Assembly: GCA_947458785.1 (NCBI GenBank)
Contig: CANGZU010000004.1
Location: 1-51,691, forward strand
From: Ignavibacteria bacterium
Lineage (GTDB): Bacteria > Bacteroidota > Ignavibacteria > Kapaibacteriales > Kapaibacteriaceae
DNA length: 51,691 nt
Direction of reading: 5' to 3'
A model generated the notes under the pieces. It did no database searches. It saw only the letters and a list, made by a program, of their open reading frames with translations, and was not told where the DNA came from. Shown in pieces: positions 40,944-50,630 of the stretch (position 1 is its first letter; the number at the start of each line of letters is the position of its first letter). A program made the position numbers and the translations under genes.

Positions 40944-41507
40944 GTGAGGACTCCTTTGGCTTCCCAACAACTCGAGTACATCGGTGTGCTTGGTCGTACA
41001 CACGGCCTTGATGGGACGCTTGTGCTCGACGATGCAATTGCGCTTCCAAATGGACTAGCTCACGGTTGTATCGTGCATGTTGGTTTTTCCAGAGATTTCA
41101 CCAAGAGCTTTGCGGTTGAATCCTTTGCGCAAACAGAACATCGCACGCTGATGAAACTCCGTGAACTATCCACTGCCGAACAGGCTTCTGGTCTTATTGA
41201 TCATGCCGTCTTTGCTCGCGGAGAGGACCTTGGTATCAACTCGAGCGACCGCTATCGTGTAGGCGACATTCAGGGATGCCGTGTGATCAACGAACAAGGT
41301 GATGAGATCGGCGTTGTTACAGACGTGTGGATCCTGCCAGCAAATGATGTTTGGGTTGTAACCACAGCATCTCGGACAACGATCCCCCTACCTGTTATCG
41401 AGCAGGTCATTCTTGGTGTTGATATCGAACATCGTACGATCACTGCGCGCCTGCTCGACGGATTAGAAAACGTTGACATTCACGAGGATCTTGAACCCGA
41501 TGCCTGA
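40944..41507 (+). CDS. rimM: Ribosome maturation factor RimM
   Basis: GRTHGLDG, PRC barrel (ANDVWVV...IPLPVI), upstream of trmD; start uncertain. Confidence 0.87.
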   Translation: MRTPLASQQLEYIGVLGRTHGLDGTLVLDDAIALPNGLAHGCIVHVGFSRDFTKSFAVESFAQTEHRTLMKLRELSTAEQASGLIDHAVFARGEDLGINSSDRYRVGDIQGCRVINEQGDEIGVVTDVWILPANDVWVVTTASRTTIPLPVIEQVILGVDIEHRTITARLLDGLENVDIHEDLEPDA

Positions 41508-42204
41508 ACCGGTCATCCGCATCGACATCGTTTGCGTCGTTCCCCAGGTACTCGAGTCCGTCATCTCCACATCGATCCTGAAACGAGCACAGGATAAGGG
41601 GCTTGTACAGATCCATCTGCACAACCTGCATGACTATGCGACGGACACGTACCGTCATATTGATGACACCCCCTATGGCGGCGGCGCAGGCATGGTGATT
41701 CAATGCGAGCCCGTGTTCAGCTGCATTGAGGAGTTATTACGTGCTCGTTCCTACGATGATGTTATCTACCTTAGTCCGGATGGAGAAGTACTGACGCAAG
41801 AGCTGTGCAATGAGCTCTCATTGCGAAAGAACATCATCCTTCTATGCGGTCATTACAAAGGCATTGATCAGCGCATCCGAGACGTGCTGGTAACGCGGGA
41901 GATATCGGTTGGCGATTACGTGTTAACAGGTGGAGAGATCGCTGCAGGCGTTCTCACTGACGCCATTGTGCGTCTCGTCCCTGGAGTGGTTGGTGATGCT
42001 GAAAGTGTCCTGGAAGATTCGTTCATGAACGGACTCTTGGATGCGCCGCTCTACACAAAACCTGCAACCTTTCGAGACATGACCGTACCAGATATTCTTC
42101 TTTCAGGCAATCACGCCAAGATTCGTCAGTGGCGACATGAACAGTCACTTGCCAAGACTCGCACACGCAGGCCAGACCTTCTAGATCCTGGAGCCGACAC
42201 ATGA
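41500..42204 (+). CDS. trmD: tRNA (guanine-N1)-methyltransferase
   Basis: DDTPYGGGAGM, CGHYKGIDQR, SVGDYVLTGGE and LLSGNH motifs. Confidence 0.97.
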   Translation: MPEPVIRIDIVCVVPQVLESVISTSILKRAQDKGLVQIHLHNLHDYATDTYRHIDDTPYGGGAGMVIQCEPVFSCIEELLRARSYDDVIYLSPDGEVLTQELCNELSLRKNIILLCGHYKGIDQRIRDVLVTREISVGDYVLTGGEIAAGVLTDAIVRLVPGVVGDAESVLEDSFMNGLLDAPLYTKPATFRDMTVPDILLSGNHAKIRQWRHEQSLAKTRTRRPDLLDPGADT

Positions 42205-43061
42205 TCGTGCCTGAAACTGAGCATAGTATTGTCAATCGACACGGCGACGTTCTCTACAGCACAGTGACGACCCCTCTCCAGAGTGCTGATGGCGGCCTGC
42301 CGCTATTGTTGCTGTTGCATGGATTCAAGGGATTCCGCAATTACAGCTTCATCCCCTGGCTATCGCAGTTTGCTGCTCACGCTGGCGCTATCGCAGTGCG
42401 TATGTGCTTTTCACTGAACGGTATGAAGAATACCTCTTGGCTCGTGCAGGCAACCGATGACTTTGCCAGGAATACAATCTCCCGCGAATGCGATGATGTT
42501 GCCGATCTTGTTGATGCGCTCTGCCACCATGAGGAGTTCGCCAATCTGCGGCGCGTCTGGAACGGCAAGATCAGTGTGCTAGGGCACTCACGCGGAGGAG
42601 GCATTGCAATGATTGCATCCAGCGAACTCCTGAAAACGCATCAAGAACAGTTGCATCATGTAGCTGTATGGAATTCTGTGGGCACGTGGACACGATGGAC
42701 TCCCCGCCAGGCAGCCACATGGAAGGGGGCCGGTACATTTGAGATGCAGAACCAACGAACGCTTCAAACTCTGAACATGCATTCGACATACCTCGTTGAT
42801 ATCGAGGAGAACGCCCCACGGCTCGACCTCGTAACTGCCAGCAGTGCCCTATCCGGCAAGCTGCGGTACGTTCACGCTCAGCATGATCTGACAGTGCCTC
42901 TGCGGGAGATCGAACTGTTGGCGCAGGCCTCTCGCACCGAGGATTCGATTACAATTATCGGCAACACAACCCACACATTTGGCATGGAGCACCCTGTAAG
43001 CCGCATTACTCGTGGATTTGCAGACGCCATCGAAGCAACATTTCCGTGGGTTGTGCGATGA
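42201..43061 (+). CDS. Alpha/beta hydrolase
   Basis: HGFKG, nucleophile elbow GHSRGG, D (DLTV) and H (HTF). Confidence 0.87.
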   Translation: MIVPETEHSIVNRHGDVLYSTVTTPLQSADGGLPLLLLLHGFKGFRNYSFIPWLSQFAAHAGAIAVRMCFSLNGMKNTSWLVQATDDFARNTISRECDDVADLVDALCHHEEFANLRRVWNGKISVLGHSRGGGIAMIASSELLKTHQEQLHHVAVWNSVGTWTRWTPRQAATWKGAGTFEMQNQRTLQTLNMHSTYLVDIEENAPRLDLVTASSALSGKLRYVHAQHDLTVPLREIELLAQASRTEDSITIIGNTTHTFGMEHPVSRITRGFADAIEATFPWVVR

Positions 43062-43492
43062 AGACTCTAGGTACTTCGTTATGCATGATTGCTCTTGCCT
43101 TGGTTTGTGCAGGATGCGAACTCTTCGTGGTTGGCACACCAGCACGACCGCGCATGATCATTGAACGGAGCCAGCGCACAGCTCCAGGCGTCGTTCATCT
43201 CTTCAAAGCAGAGCTTGATTCGGGCAACACAACCGCAGCAACGGAACTCATGGTCTCAGCTACTGGACGTGCGTTGCTAGCAGTTGAGAAATATGAGTTG
43301 GCTGATGATCTGCAGCGTTGGAAATCTGTTATGTCGGGCCTGCCAATCTCTGATACGCGCGTCGATACGCTTGGACCGGACGCACATGAGGTTTCGATCA
43401 CGCTGGACTATATCCGCAAGATGAACTTCAGCGCCGTACGGCGCGACGGCCTCTGGTGGGTAACAAAGGTTACCGATCCGCAACGGAAGTAG
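43058..43492 (+). CDS. Hypothetical lipoprotein
   Basis: Signal with lipobox CAGC; ATGA overlap with the upstream gene. Confidence 0.7.
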   Translation: MKTLGTSLCMIALALVCAGCELFVVGTPARPRMIIERSQRTAPGVVHLFKAELDSGNTTAATELMVSATGRALLAVEKYELADDLQRWKSVMSGLPISDTRVDTLGPDAHEVSITLDYIRKMNFSAVRRDGLWWVTKVTDPQRK

Positions 43493-43495
43493 GTC

Positions 43496-44845
43496 TTAGT
43501 TCGTTTTGACGAATGTCTTTGTCACCGTTGCAGCACCAATGTTGGCAACTAGAGTGTATGTACCAGCGGCAAGGGGCGCTGCATTCAGATGCACTGACGC
43601 TCCCGTGATTGCATATCCTGGCAGCGTAAGGCTTGGAAGAGCTTCGGTTCCTAGCAGAGAGTATACACGGATAACTACATCTGCCCCAGCCACGACCGAA
43701 CGCAAGTCAACCGAGATCTGATCGCGCACCGGATTAGGATGCGTTTCGATGAAACTTTGTCCGCTGAACAGTTCATCGACACTGGATGCAGGATCAAGAT
43801 GACGGTGAACGAAGGTACCTTTAGGAGCAACGAAGACGTGGTTGTCTTTGGTTACAATGACGCCATTGGCAGAGCCATCGATCGACTCAAGACCTTCTCG
43901 GACAAGCGTCCAGGTAGCCCCGTAGTTGGTGCTATGAAATGGCCCTGAGATCTTTTCCGTCGTTGCCCACATCTCACCGTTCTTGCCAATGGCAATGCCG
44001 GAGACTCTGTTGTTGGTAACATCGGCGTTATCCCAACCGGTTGTCAGATACGTCCACGAGTCGCCGTCATTGACTGATTTCATAACAACAGCGTTCTTGC
44101 TACGTGTCGATCCCGGAAGTGCATTCCTGCCAATGTAGAGGTGCCCTTTTTCATCGTGCGTCATCACGCGGAAGTTATCGTCACTCTCACCAGACTGCGG
44201 ATCAGAATCGATGCGCGTCCATGACGCGCCCTTATTGGTTGAGCGATACAAGCCCTTGTTGTAGGCAACAAGAACAAAGAGCTTATCGGAATTCGGCGAC
44301 TGAAACACTTCAAACAAAGCCGAGGTAGCACCCGGGATATTTGACCGTGGAATGTTCACAAACGTCTCGCCATTGTCAGCCGAGAGGCACATGCGCAAAT
44401 CTGCAGGACCGTTGTCGTATCCTACGAAGAGACTCGTAGCTCCTCCAGCGAGGATCTTTGTATCTACATAGATGCGGCTACCCGATGAGACCTGAAATCC
44501 AAGATTGAGTTTCTGCCATGTTTGGCCGTCGTCCGTTGATCGCATAACACCAACGCCATTGACAGACGCAAACACAACATCATTGGCACCAACCTTGATG
44601 TTGCTAATGGTTACAAAGTTGATTCCGTCATCAATACCGCGGTCGGAAAAATCCCACGTCTCGCCTTTGTCAGTCGTGCGGTAGACCTTGCTGTAGTCTG
44701 TACCGGCAAACACATGCCCCTTACTGTTTGTCGCAAGGCATACAGCAGAAGCTGCAGGCCCGGTAGTCACCTGCCAGTACTGCCCAACACTCGGAGATGG
44801 AGAGAGGAGCAGCAAAGTAGTGCAGAGGAGTGCTATGAAGCGCAT
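43496..44845 (-). CDS. Secreted BNR/Asp-box beta-propeller protein with T9SS-type C-terminal domain
   Basis: Signal peptide; repeated SxDxGxTW (TTDKGETW, STDDGQTW, STNKGASW, SVNDGDSW, STNYGATW); 'HPNP...GTYTLV...TFVKTN' CTD. Confidence 0.87.
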   Translation of the reverse strand: MRFIALLCTTLLLLSPSPSVGQYWQVTTGPAASAVCLATNSKGHVFAGTDYSKVYRTTDKGETWDFSDRGIDDGINFVTISNIKVGANDVVFASVNGVGVMRSTDDGQTWQKLNLGFQVSSGSRIYVDTKILAGGATSLFVGYDNGPADLRMCLSADNGETFVNIPRSNIPGATSALFEVFQSPNSDKLFVLVAYNKGLYRSTNKGASWTRIDSDPQSGESDDNFRVMTHDEKGHLYIGRNALPGSTRSKNAVVMKSVNDGDSWTYLTTGWDNADVTNNRVSGIAIGKNGEMWATTEKISGPFHSTNYGATWTLVREGLESIDGSANGVIVTKDNHVFVAPKGTFVHRHLDPASSVDELFSGQSFIETHPNPVRDQISVDLRSVVAGADVVIRVYSLLGTEALPSLTLPGYAITGASVHLNAAPLAAGTYTLVANIGAATVTKTFVKTN

Positions 44846-44908
44846 GATTGTCCCGTTCTATCTTTGTAACAACACAAGATACCACATTTCGCGCAAGGCA
44901 CTGAAAGC

Positions 44909-46339
44909 ATGCATATCCATTTCGTTGGCATCGGAGGAACCGCTATGGGTTCTGTTGCAGTGGCATGTAGACTGCAGGGACATACCGTCACGGGTAGTGA
45001 TGGGCCTGTCTATGAGCCGATGCGCAGTGTTCTTGCCAATGCCGGCATCGAACGGTTCGAGGGGTATGATGCTACACGATTGCTGGCCCTCTGCCCAGAT
45101 TTGACGGTTATAGGCAATGCGATCAGCAGAGGGAACGAGGAGTTGGAGTTCGTTCTCGATAATCGATGGCCGTATTCATCGATGGCCGAACTGGTGGGTC
45201 GGTTGTTCATTGACCGCAACACGTCGATCGTATGTGCTGGTACGCACGGCAAGACTACAACCTCGAGTATTACTGCTTGGCTTCTCGAACACGCAGGATT
45301 TCAGCCAGGATACCTAATCGGAGGAGTCCCACAAAACTTCGAGTATGGTTGCCGACCTGTTTCAGCGGACATCCACAATACGCGTGCAGGGGTGTTTGTA
45401 TCCGAGGGCGACGAATATGATACTGCGTTTTTCGACAAACGAAGCAAGTTTGTGCACTATCGTCCGACGATTGCAATCGTCAACAATCTTGAATTTGATC
45501 ATGCCGACATCTTTTCGTCTGTCGAGGCCATTATTACCTCGTTCAAACAGATGATCCGTGTTATCCCCCAGAGTGGTGTTGCATTGGTAAATGCAGATGA
45601 TGACAACGCCCTCGCAACAACAGAGAACGCACACTGCACAGTTGAGACAGTCGGCCTTTCTCTAGATGCTACCTGGTGCATCGACGACGTGCAAGAGCTC
45701 GGCGGCACAACAATCTGGAACGTCAAACACGCCGGCTCCAACTATGGTACATTTTCCCTGCCAATGCCCGGAATACACAATGTTCGTAACGCAACTATGG
45801 CCATAGCGGCAACATTTCATGCTGGGCTTTCACGTGAAGAGCAGCAGCAAGCCATGCCGCTGTTTTCCCCGCCCAAGCGACGTCTAGAGGAGCTCGGGTT
45901 GTGGAATGGTGCAACAGTGATCGACGACTTCGCGCATCATCCAACAGCCATCGAGTTAACCCTGCGGGCGTTGCGTCAGAAGTATCCGAGCGCGCGTCTG
46001 CACGTTGTGTTCGAACCACGCTCAAACACGACGACACGAAACTTTTTCCAGCACGAACTGGCATCTTGTTTTGCCGGAGCAACAACAGTATGCCTTGGAC
46101 CAGTCAACAGACCCGAACGCTATGCACCCGAGGAACGGCTCGACACAGACCGCCTTATGCATGAAATCAAGCTTCAGGGTATCGAAGCTATCGGCTTAGA
46201 TGCAGCACTTGCATCCGACAAAGAATGGGGCCGCGTCGTGATTGAACACCTGGTCTCCCGGGTCCACCCTGGTGATGTACTTGCCATCTTGAGCAATGGT
46301 GATGTAGGGGGCTTGCGGCGACTGCTTATCGCTGGATGA
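44909..46339 (+). CDS. mpl: Murein peptide ligase (MurC/Mpl family)
   Basis: GIGGTAMG, GTHGKTTT, EGDEYDTAFFDK, DDFAHHPT and EPRSNT motifs; TATCTTTG -7 element at 44859-44866. Confidence 0.92.
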   Translation: MHIHFVGIGGTAMGSVAVACRLQGHTVTGSDGPVYEPMRSVLANAGIERFEGYDATRLLALCPDLTVIGNAISRGNEELEFVLDNRWPYSSMAELVGRLFIDRNTSIVCAGTHGKTTTSSITAWLLEHAGFQPGYLIGGVPQNFEYGCRPVSADIHNTRAGVFVSEGDEYDTAFFDKRSKFVHYRPTIAIVNNLEFDHADIFSSVEAIITSFKQMIRVIPQSGVALVNADDDNALATTENAHCTVETVGLSLDATWCIDDVQELGGTTIWNVKHAGSNYGTFSLPMPGIHNVRNATMAIAATFHAGLSREEQQQAMPLFSPPKRRLEELGLWNGATVIDDFAHHPTAIELTLRALRQKYPSARLHVVFEPRSNTTTRNFFQHELASCFAGATTVCLGPVNRPERYAPEERLDTDRLMHEIKLQGIEAIGLDAALASDKEWGRVVIEHLVSRVHPGDVLAILSNGDVGGLRRLLIAG

Positions 46340-49300
46340 GTAACTTTTTCATCGGCCAAACATCGGAACTTCCATCAGGATCTCGGCTCGTGACAATGTA
46401 GTAATAGACGCCAGGTTCAATATCTCGAGCCGACGCTGTACGGAGATTCCATCGCAGTCCACCGTTACCGTCAACACTGCGCAGAAACGCTACTGGTTTG
46501 AGGTTGACATCGAAGATCTCAACATCGGCGATCGCTGGCAGTCCAGCAAACACGAGTTCCTGATGCGCCTGCAGTCTCAGCGGCTGAGGGTAGGCGTAGA
46601 CGTCCTGCTCCCCGCTCCCAAACACGCTGAAGGTGAGCGTGCTGCCAGCACCTTGGGCAATTGCGTGCGTTGTGTCAAACGTGACATCTCTTGCCGTGAT
46701 GGCATACGTGATGCCAATCGCCTTCAACGGCGCCCCTGCATCGAGTGCCAGCAAGACTGTCGAATCGTCGATACGTGCCACGCTGCTCACCACTCCTGCT
46801 GGACGAAGCTGATATGCTGATGCTTTAAGTGCACTGCCATCCACTGGGTGTGAGAACCGGATAGTGAGCTCAAGAGGTGTTCGCACGGTAACGCCTGATA
46901 GAGTTATCAGCTTACGTAAACGCTCCGGCTCTGGTGTATCAACAACTCGCAGAGTAAACGTCCTACCCACATATAGATCCCGGCTGACCGGAATCTTAAT
47001 AGTCACGCGAAGAGAATCTTCTGTGTACTCAACACCGGGAAAGACAAGATCGAGTGCTATGTCACCACGCGGCCGGCCATAACGCGCTGTCGTGATCACG
47101 TCGTTGCTTCGAACAGATAGAAGTTGCTGGGCCGGCAATGAGAGTCCACGTGGGAACACTCCGCCTGCGCCAATGGCAAAGCTCAAGGTCAACCCATCAC
47201 GAAGTTCTCGCCTCGTGATCGTTGTGCGATCGAGCCCTACTCCGAGGATAACAGGGCGTGCGTCGATGACAACCCGGTTTGATTCTCTGCCTGCAAGGAC
47301 AGAATTACCACTTGGAACAGCACGCACGACAAACGAGATCACTGAATCTGCTATGCCCCGCATCTTGTATACGTGGCTTGTTGACGTAGTCTCTGCAATC
47401 ACGGAATCAACTCGTCCTACTCGTCGAGTTAACTGATAAGAGGCAGCTCCATCAACAGGAAACCATGATAGCCGAATGGTACCGAGTGTACTGTCAGTTG
47501 GTTCATGTACTCCTCGCAGCGCACTCGGAGCCGGGAACTGCACACGATCTGTTTGCCGAACGAACGTGAAGTTCGTCATAGCGCCGATTTCAGGAATCGT
47601 TGATCCGAAGCCAAGCTCTACGCGTCCATCGTTATCGACATCGTAGGCAAGAACGCGCGGCGTTGCTACGTCATCGAAAAAGGCCTTCGGGACAATCTCA
47701 CGCTGCACAGTGTCGCGGCCGAACACAAAGAGTCGCGGGAATGCACTGATAATGATTTCCGCACCGGGCATTGAATCGATGTCGGCAATAGCAACTCCGT
47801 TTCGATAACCGATGCCGAGTCGAACACCAGCAACTCGATCAGTCCATACTTTGAAGTGGCCAGTTGACTGGTCTGCCGTGTAGAGATTGTAGGTCCATAC
47901 CTGACGCCCATACTCGCCATCTGCATTTGCCTCGACGCTGTCTGGTATGCCATGCAGGATGTCAGGAAGTCCGTCGGCATTCACATCTCCTGCAGCAACG
48001 AAACCCGAGCCCCCTGCCCCTGGATTCTCAAAAACAATCTCCTCCTCGAATGAGGCACCGTTCCATTCGTGTATAACGAGATCTCCGTCTGTGTCAGAAA
48101 ATGCGATCTCCATCTTACCATCACCATCGAAATCACCCGCTGCGATGCTTATCTCATCAACACGATTTGTTGCGCTTGACGAAGGGGGCTCACTCGTATT
48201 CTTGGCAATACCTAGGAGCGAGAACTTGTCGTCCTTGCAGGTGTAGACATAACATGCGTTATCAGCAAGCGCAAGGATCTCTTCCCTGCCATCGCCGTCG
48301 ATGTCTGCTGCGCCAGCAGCGTTCAGAACGTTTGTTGTGTCAGCAAAGAGGACAGAACCAAAGAGCGAGGAGGTTGGTGTTTGCTGTTCAAAGAGCACAG
48401 TCTTACCAACAACATGACACAGCACTTCGTAACGACCGTTACCATTTACATCACTCAGTGCGCGAGGGATGTACGTATCGCTCAACGAATCACGCAGAAT
48501 CCATCGTCCGTCCTTGAATTGCGTTACAATGGTACGTCCGAACGAACCATCGGACAGATCGTTCATAACAACGCACTTGCCACCATCGCGATAAATGTCA
48601 CGTACGTCATTGAGAACGTATCCCGCCCAAGGGGCTGATAGAACCGTATCCCATCCCGTTGTCGGGATGGCTTGATACGGGGGCTTAACCAACGAATGAC
48701 CAGTACTGAATGACTCTCCAACCATGGGCGTTGTTGTTATCTGTATCAATCGGTCGGATGTTGTTGTTCCCCATGTATCTGGAAGAACAATACTATGCAA
48801 CGCTGCATACTTCTTTGGAGTTGATGCGACATCGGCAAATGGTGCACTGCCATCAGTGATCGCGACGTTCGTTGGAACAAACGTTGAGAGGGTCACAACA
48901 TCGGTCTTTCGCTCTCGCATCCATGCCGTTACGTGCTCATATGCTCGTCGATTATCTGTCTGCCTTGTGACTCGAATGCGCACGTGCGCATCATGATGAC
49001 GCCCGTCTGTACAGTATACCCGCATGCGTATCGTATGCAGGCCGAGAGAAAGTGTATCGATGCTCAGCTCGCCAATCGTGTCATTGATGACAGAAACCGA
49101 CCGAGTGAAGGCTACGGTCCATTGCCGCGGATCAACACCCTGTCCAACGGATACTTCGTAACGTTCGAAGTTTGTGATATGGTTTGAACCGCGAAGTACA
49201 ACCATTTCTTGGGTTTCCGCGAAGAACTCCTGCTCGTTCAATGGGTGTGTGATTGCAAGCCGGCTCGTGCCGAGCGCGGCAAGAGCAGCATCTGCACGGA

Positions 49301-50630
49301 GTCTGCCAGCCCCATACAGAGGATCCCAACCGATCTCACCGAGATCCTTTGAGCTTGCCATAAGCGTACCGCGTATCTCCTCTGCCCCAAGATCTGGGAA
49401 CCTCTCCAGCAGAAGTGCTGCGGTAGCCGCAACGTAGGGCGCAGAGAACGATGTACCGCTCACGGTACGATACCGCGAGTTAACACTGGTCGTAATGATG
49501 GCCTGACCCGGCGCGCTGAGCGAAACAACTGGTCCTGTTGATGAGAACGGGGCTCGCAGGTCTTTGTTGGTGGTTGCAGCAACAACGATAACACCTGTAT
49601 AGCTAGCAGGATATTGCGTCGATACAATGCCACTGTTTCCGGCAGAGGCCACCAGTATGCAGCCTTGTGTACGGGCATATTCGATGGCATCCTGCATGAG
49701 CGGTGAATTGACTCCGTCACCAAAGCTCATATTGACAATGTCAACTCCGTTGGACGCCGCATATACAAGTCCTGCTGCGATGTCATCTTCCTCTGCAGAA
49801 CCTGTTGCATCAAATGCTCGAATCGCACGCAGACGAGCGCCGTGTGCAAGCCCTGCGATGCCTTTTCTGTTGTCCTTCGTTGCAGCGATAACACCGGCAA
49901 CAAGTGTGCCGTGACCATGTTCATCAAACGGCACAGGGTCATACCATCGGTCATCACCAAGGTTGCGAAACTCCTGATCCACAAAGTCAGCGCCAATCAC
50001 ATCGTCGACCATGCCGTTGTCGTCGTCATCAATCCCGTTGAGATCGCCCCATATGCCGGCGCGTTCCTGATCATAAGGCCATGCGTCGAACCGGCCGTTG
50101 GCATTGAGATCTTCTTTGGGGGATATCGCGAGAGCATCTCGCAGATCTTCATGGTCCCAATCGATTCCAGTGTCGATGATTCCGATCGTAATACCTGTTC
50201 CACTTGCAAGCTGCCATGCTTGTCGGGCTCCTACTAGCTCGAGTGCGTATTGGCTCGATGAAAGTGAATCATCACTGATGGGAGTCTCCTCGGGCGGTCC
50301 AGCATGTAGCTGAATGCGTTGCACATTCCATGCGGCGATCACACCAGGGATCGATCGAATCGAGTCGATCGTAGCTGTCATGTTGGATCGTGAGATCCGA
50401 ACATACCGATGCAGTCGCCGTAACAGTGATGCACTGACCTTCCCGTCTTGCAGCGTTTCGCTCCCCTTTTCAAGAAGTCCGTTTGGAACAACCCGTGTTG
50501 GTTGCATGGAACGAAGTTCTGCAGGCAGCTGATCCGTAGACGTGAGCACCAGAATGTCCTGAGCCGAGGCGTTTTGCGCGCTGCCGAACAACACAATGCA
50601 TGCAACAGCTATGGTCAATCGAACGATCAT
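46326..50630 (-). CDS. Large secreted S8 subtilase with FG-GAP repeats, Fn3/Ig-like domains and T9SS/FlgD-like C-terminus
   Basis: Catalytic IIDTG, HGTLVAG and GTSFSAP; DIDGDG, DFDGDG, DVNADG and DVDNDG repeats; C-terminal 'YAYPQP...GVYYYIV...KLLIQR'. Confidence 0.9.
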   Translation of the reverse strand: MIVRLTIAVACIVLFGSAQNASAQDILVLTSTDQLPAELRSMQPTRVVPNGLLEKGSETLQDGKVSASLLRRLHRYVRISRSNMTATIDSIRSIPGVIAAWNVQRIQLHAGPPEETPISDDSLSSSQYALELVGARQAWQLASGTGITIGIIDTGIDWDHEDLRDALAISPKEDLNANGRFDAWPYDQERAGIWGDLNGIDDDDNGMVDDVIGADFVDQEFRNLGDDRWYDPVPFDEHGHGTLVAGVIAATKDNRKGIAGLAHGARLRAIRAFDATGSAEEDDIAAGLVYAASNGVDIVNMSFGDGVNSPLMQDAIEYARTQGCILVASAGNSGIVSTQYPASYTGVIVVAATTNKDLRAPFSSTGPVVSLSAPGQAIITTSVNSRYRTVSGTSFSAPYVAATAALLLERFPDLGAEEIRGTLMASSKDLGEIGWDPLYGAGRLRADAALAALGTSRLAITHPLNEQEFFAETQEMVVLRGSNHITNFERYEVSVGQGVDPRQWTVAFTRSVSVINDTIGELSIDTLSLGLHTIRMRVYCTDGRHHDAHVRIRVTRQTDNRRAYEHVTAWMRERKTDVVTLSTFVPTNVAITDGSAPFADVASTPKKYAALHSIVLPDTWGTTTSDRLIQITTTPMVGESFSTGHSLVKPPYQAIPTTGWDTVLSAPWAGYVLNDVRDIYRDGGKCVVMNDLSDGSFGRTIVTQFKDGRWILRDSLSDTYIPRALSDVNGNGRYEVLCHVVGKTVLFEQQTPTSSLFGSVLFADTTNVLNAAGAADIDGDGREEILALADNACYVYTCKDDKFSLLGIAKNTSEPPSSSATNRVDEISIAAGDFDGDGKMEIAFSDTDGDLVIHEWNGASFEEEIVFENPGAGGSGFVAAGDVNADGLPDILHGIPDSVEANADGEYGRQVWTYNLYTADQSTGHFKVWTDRVAGVRLGIGYRNGVAIADIDSMPGAEIIISAFPRLFVFGRDTVQREIVPKAFFDDVATPRVLAYDVDNDGRVELGFGSTIPEIGAMTNFTFVRQTDRVQFPAPSALRGVHEPTDSTLGTIRLSWFPVDGAASYQLTRRVGRVDSVIAETTSTSHVYKMRGIADSVISFVVRAVPSGNSVLAGRESNRVVIDARPVILGVGLDRTTITRRELRDGLTLSFAIGAGGVFPRGLSLPAQQLLSVRSNDVITTARYGRPRGDIALDLVFPGVEYTEDSLRVTIKIPVSRDLYVGRTFTLRVVDTPEPERLRKLITLSGVTVRTPLELTIRFSHPVDGSALKASAYQLRPAGVVSSVARIDDSTVLLALDAGAPLKAIGITYAITARDVTFDTTHAIAQGAGSTLTFSVFGSGEQDVYAYPQPLRLQAHQELVFAGLPAIADVEIFDVNLKPVAFLRSVDGNGGLRWNLRTASARDIEPGVYYYIVTSRDPDGSSDVWPMKKLLIQR

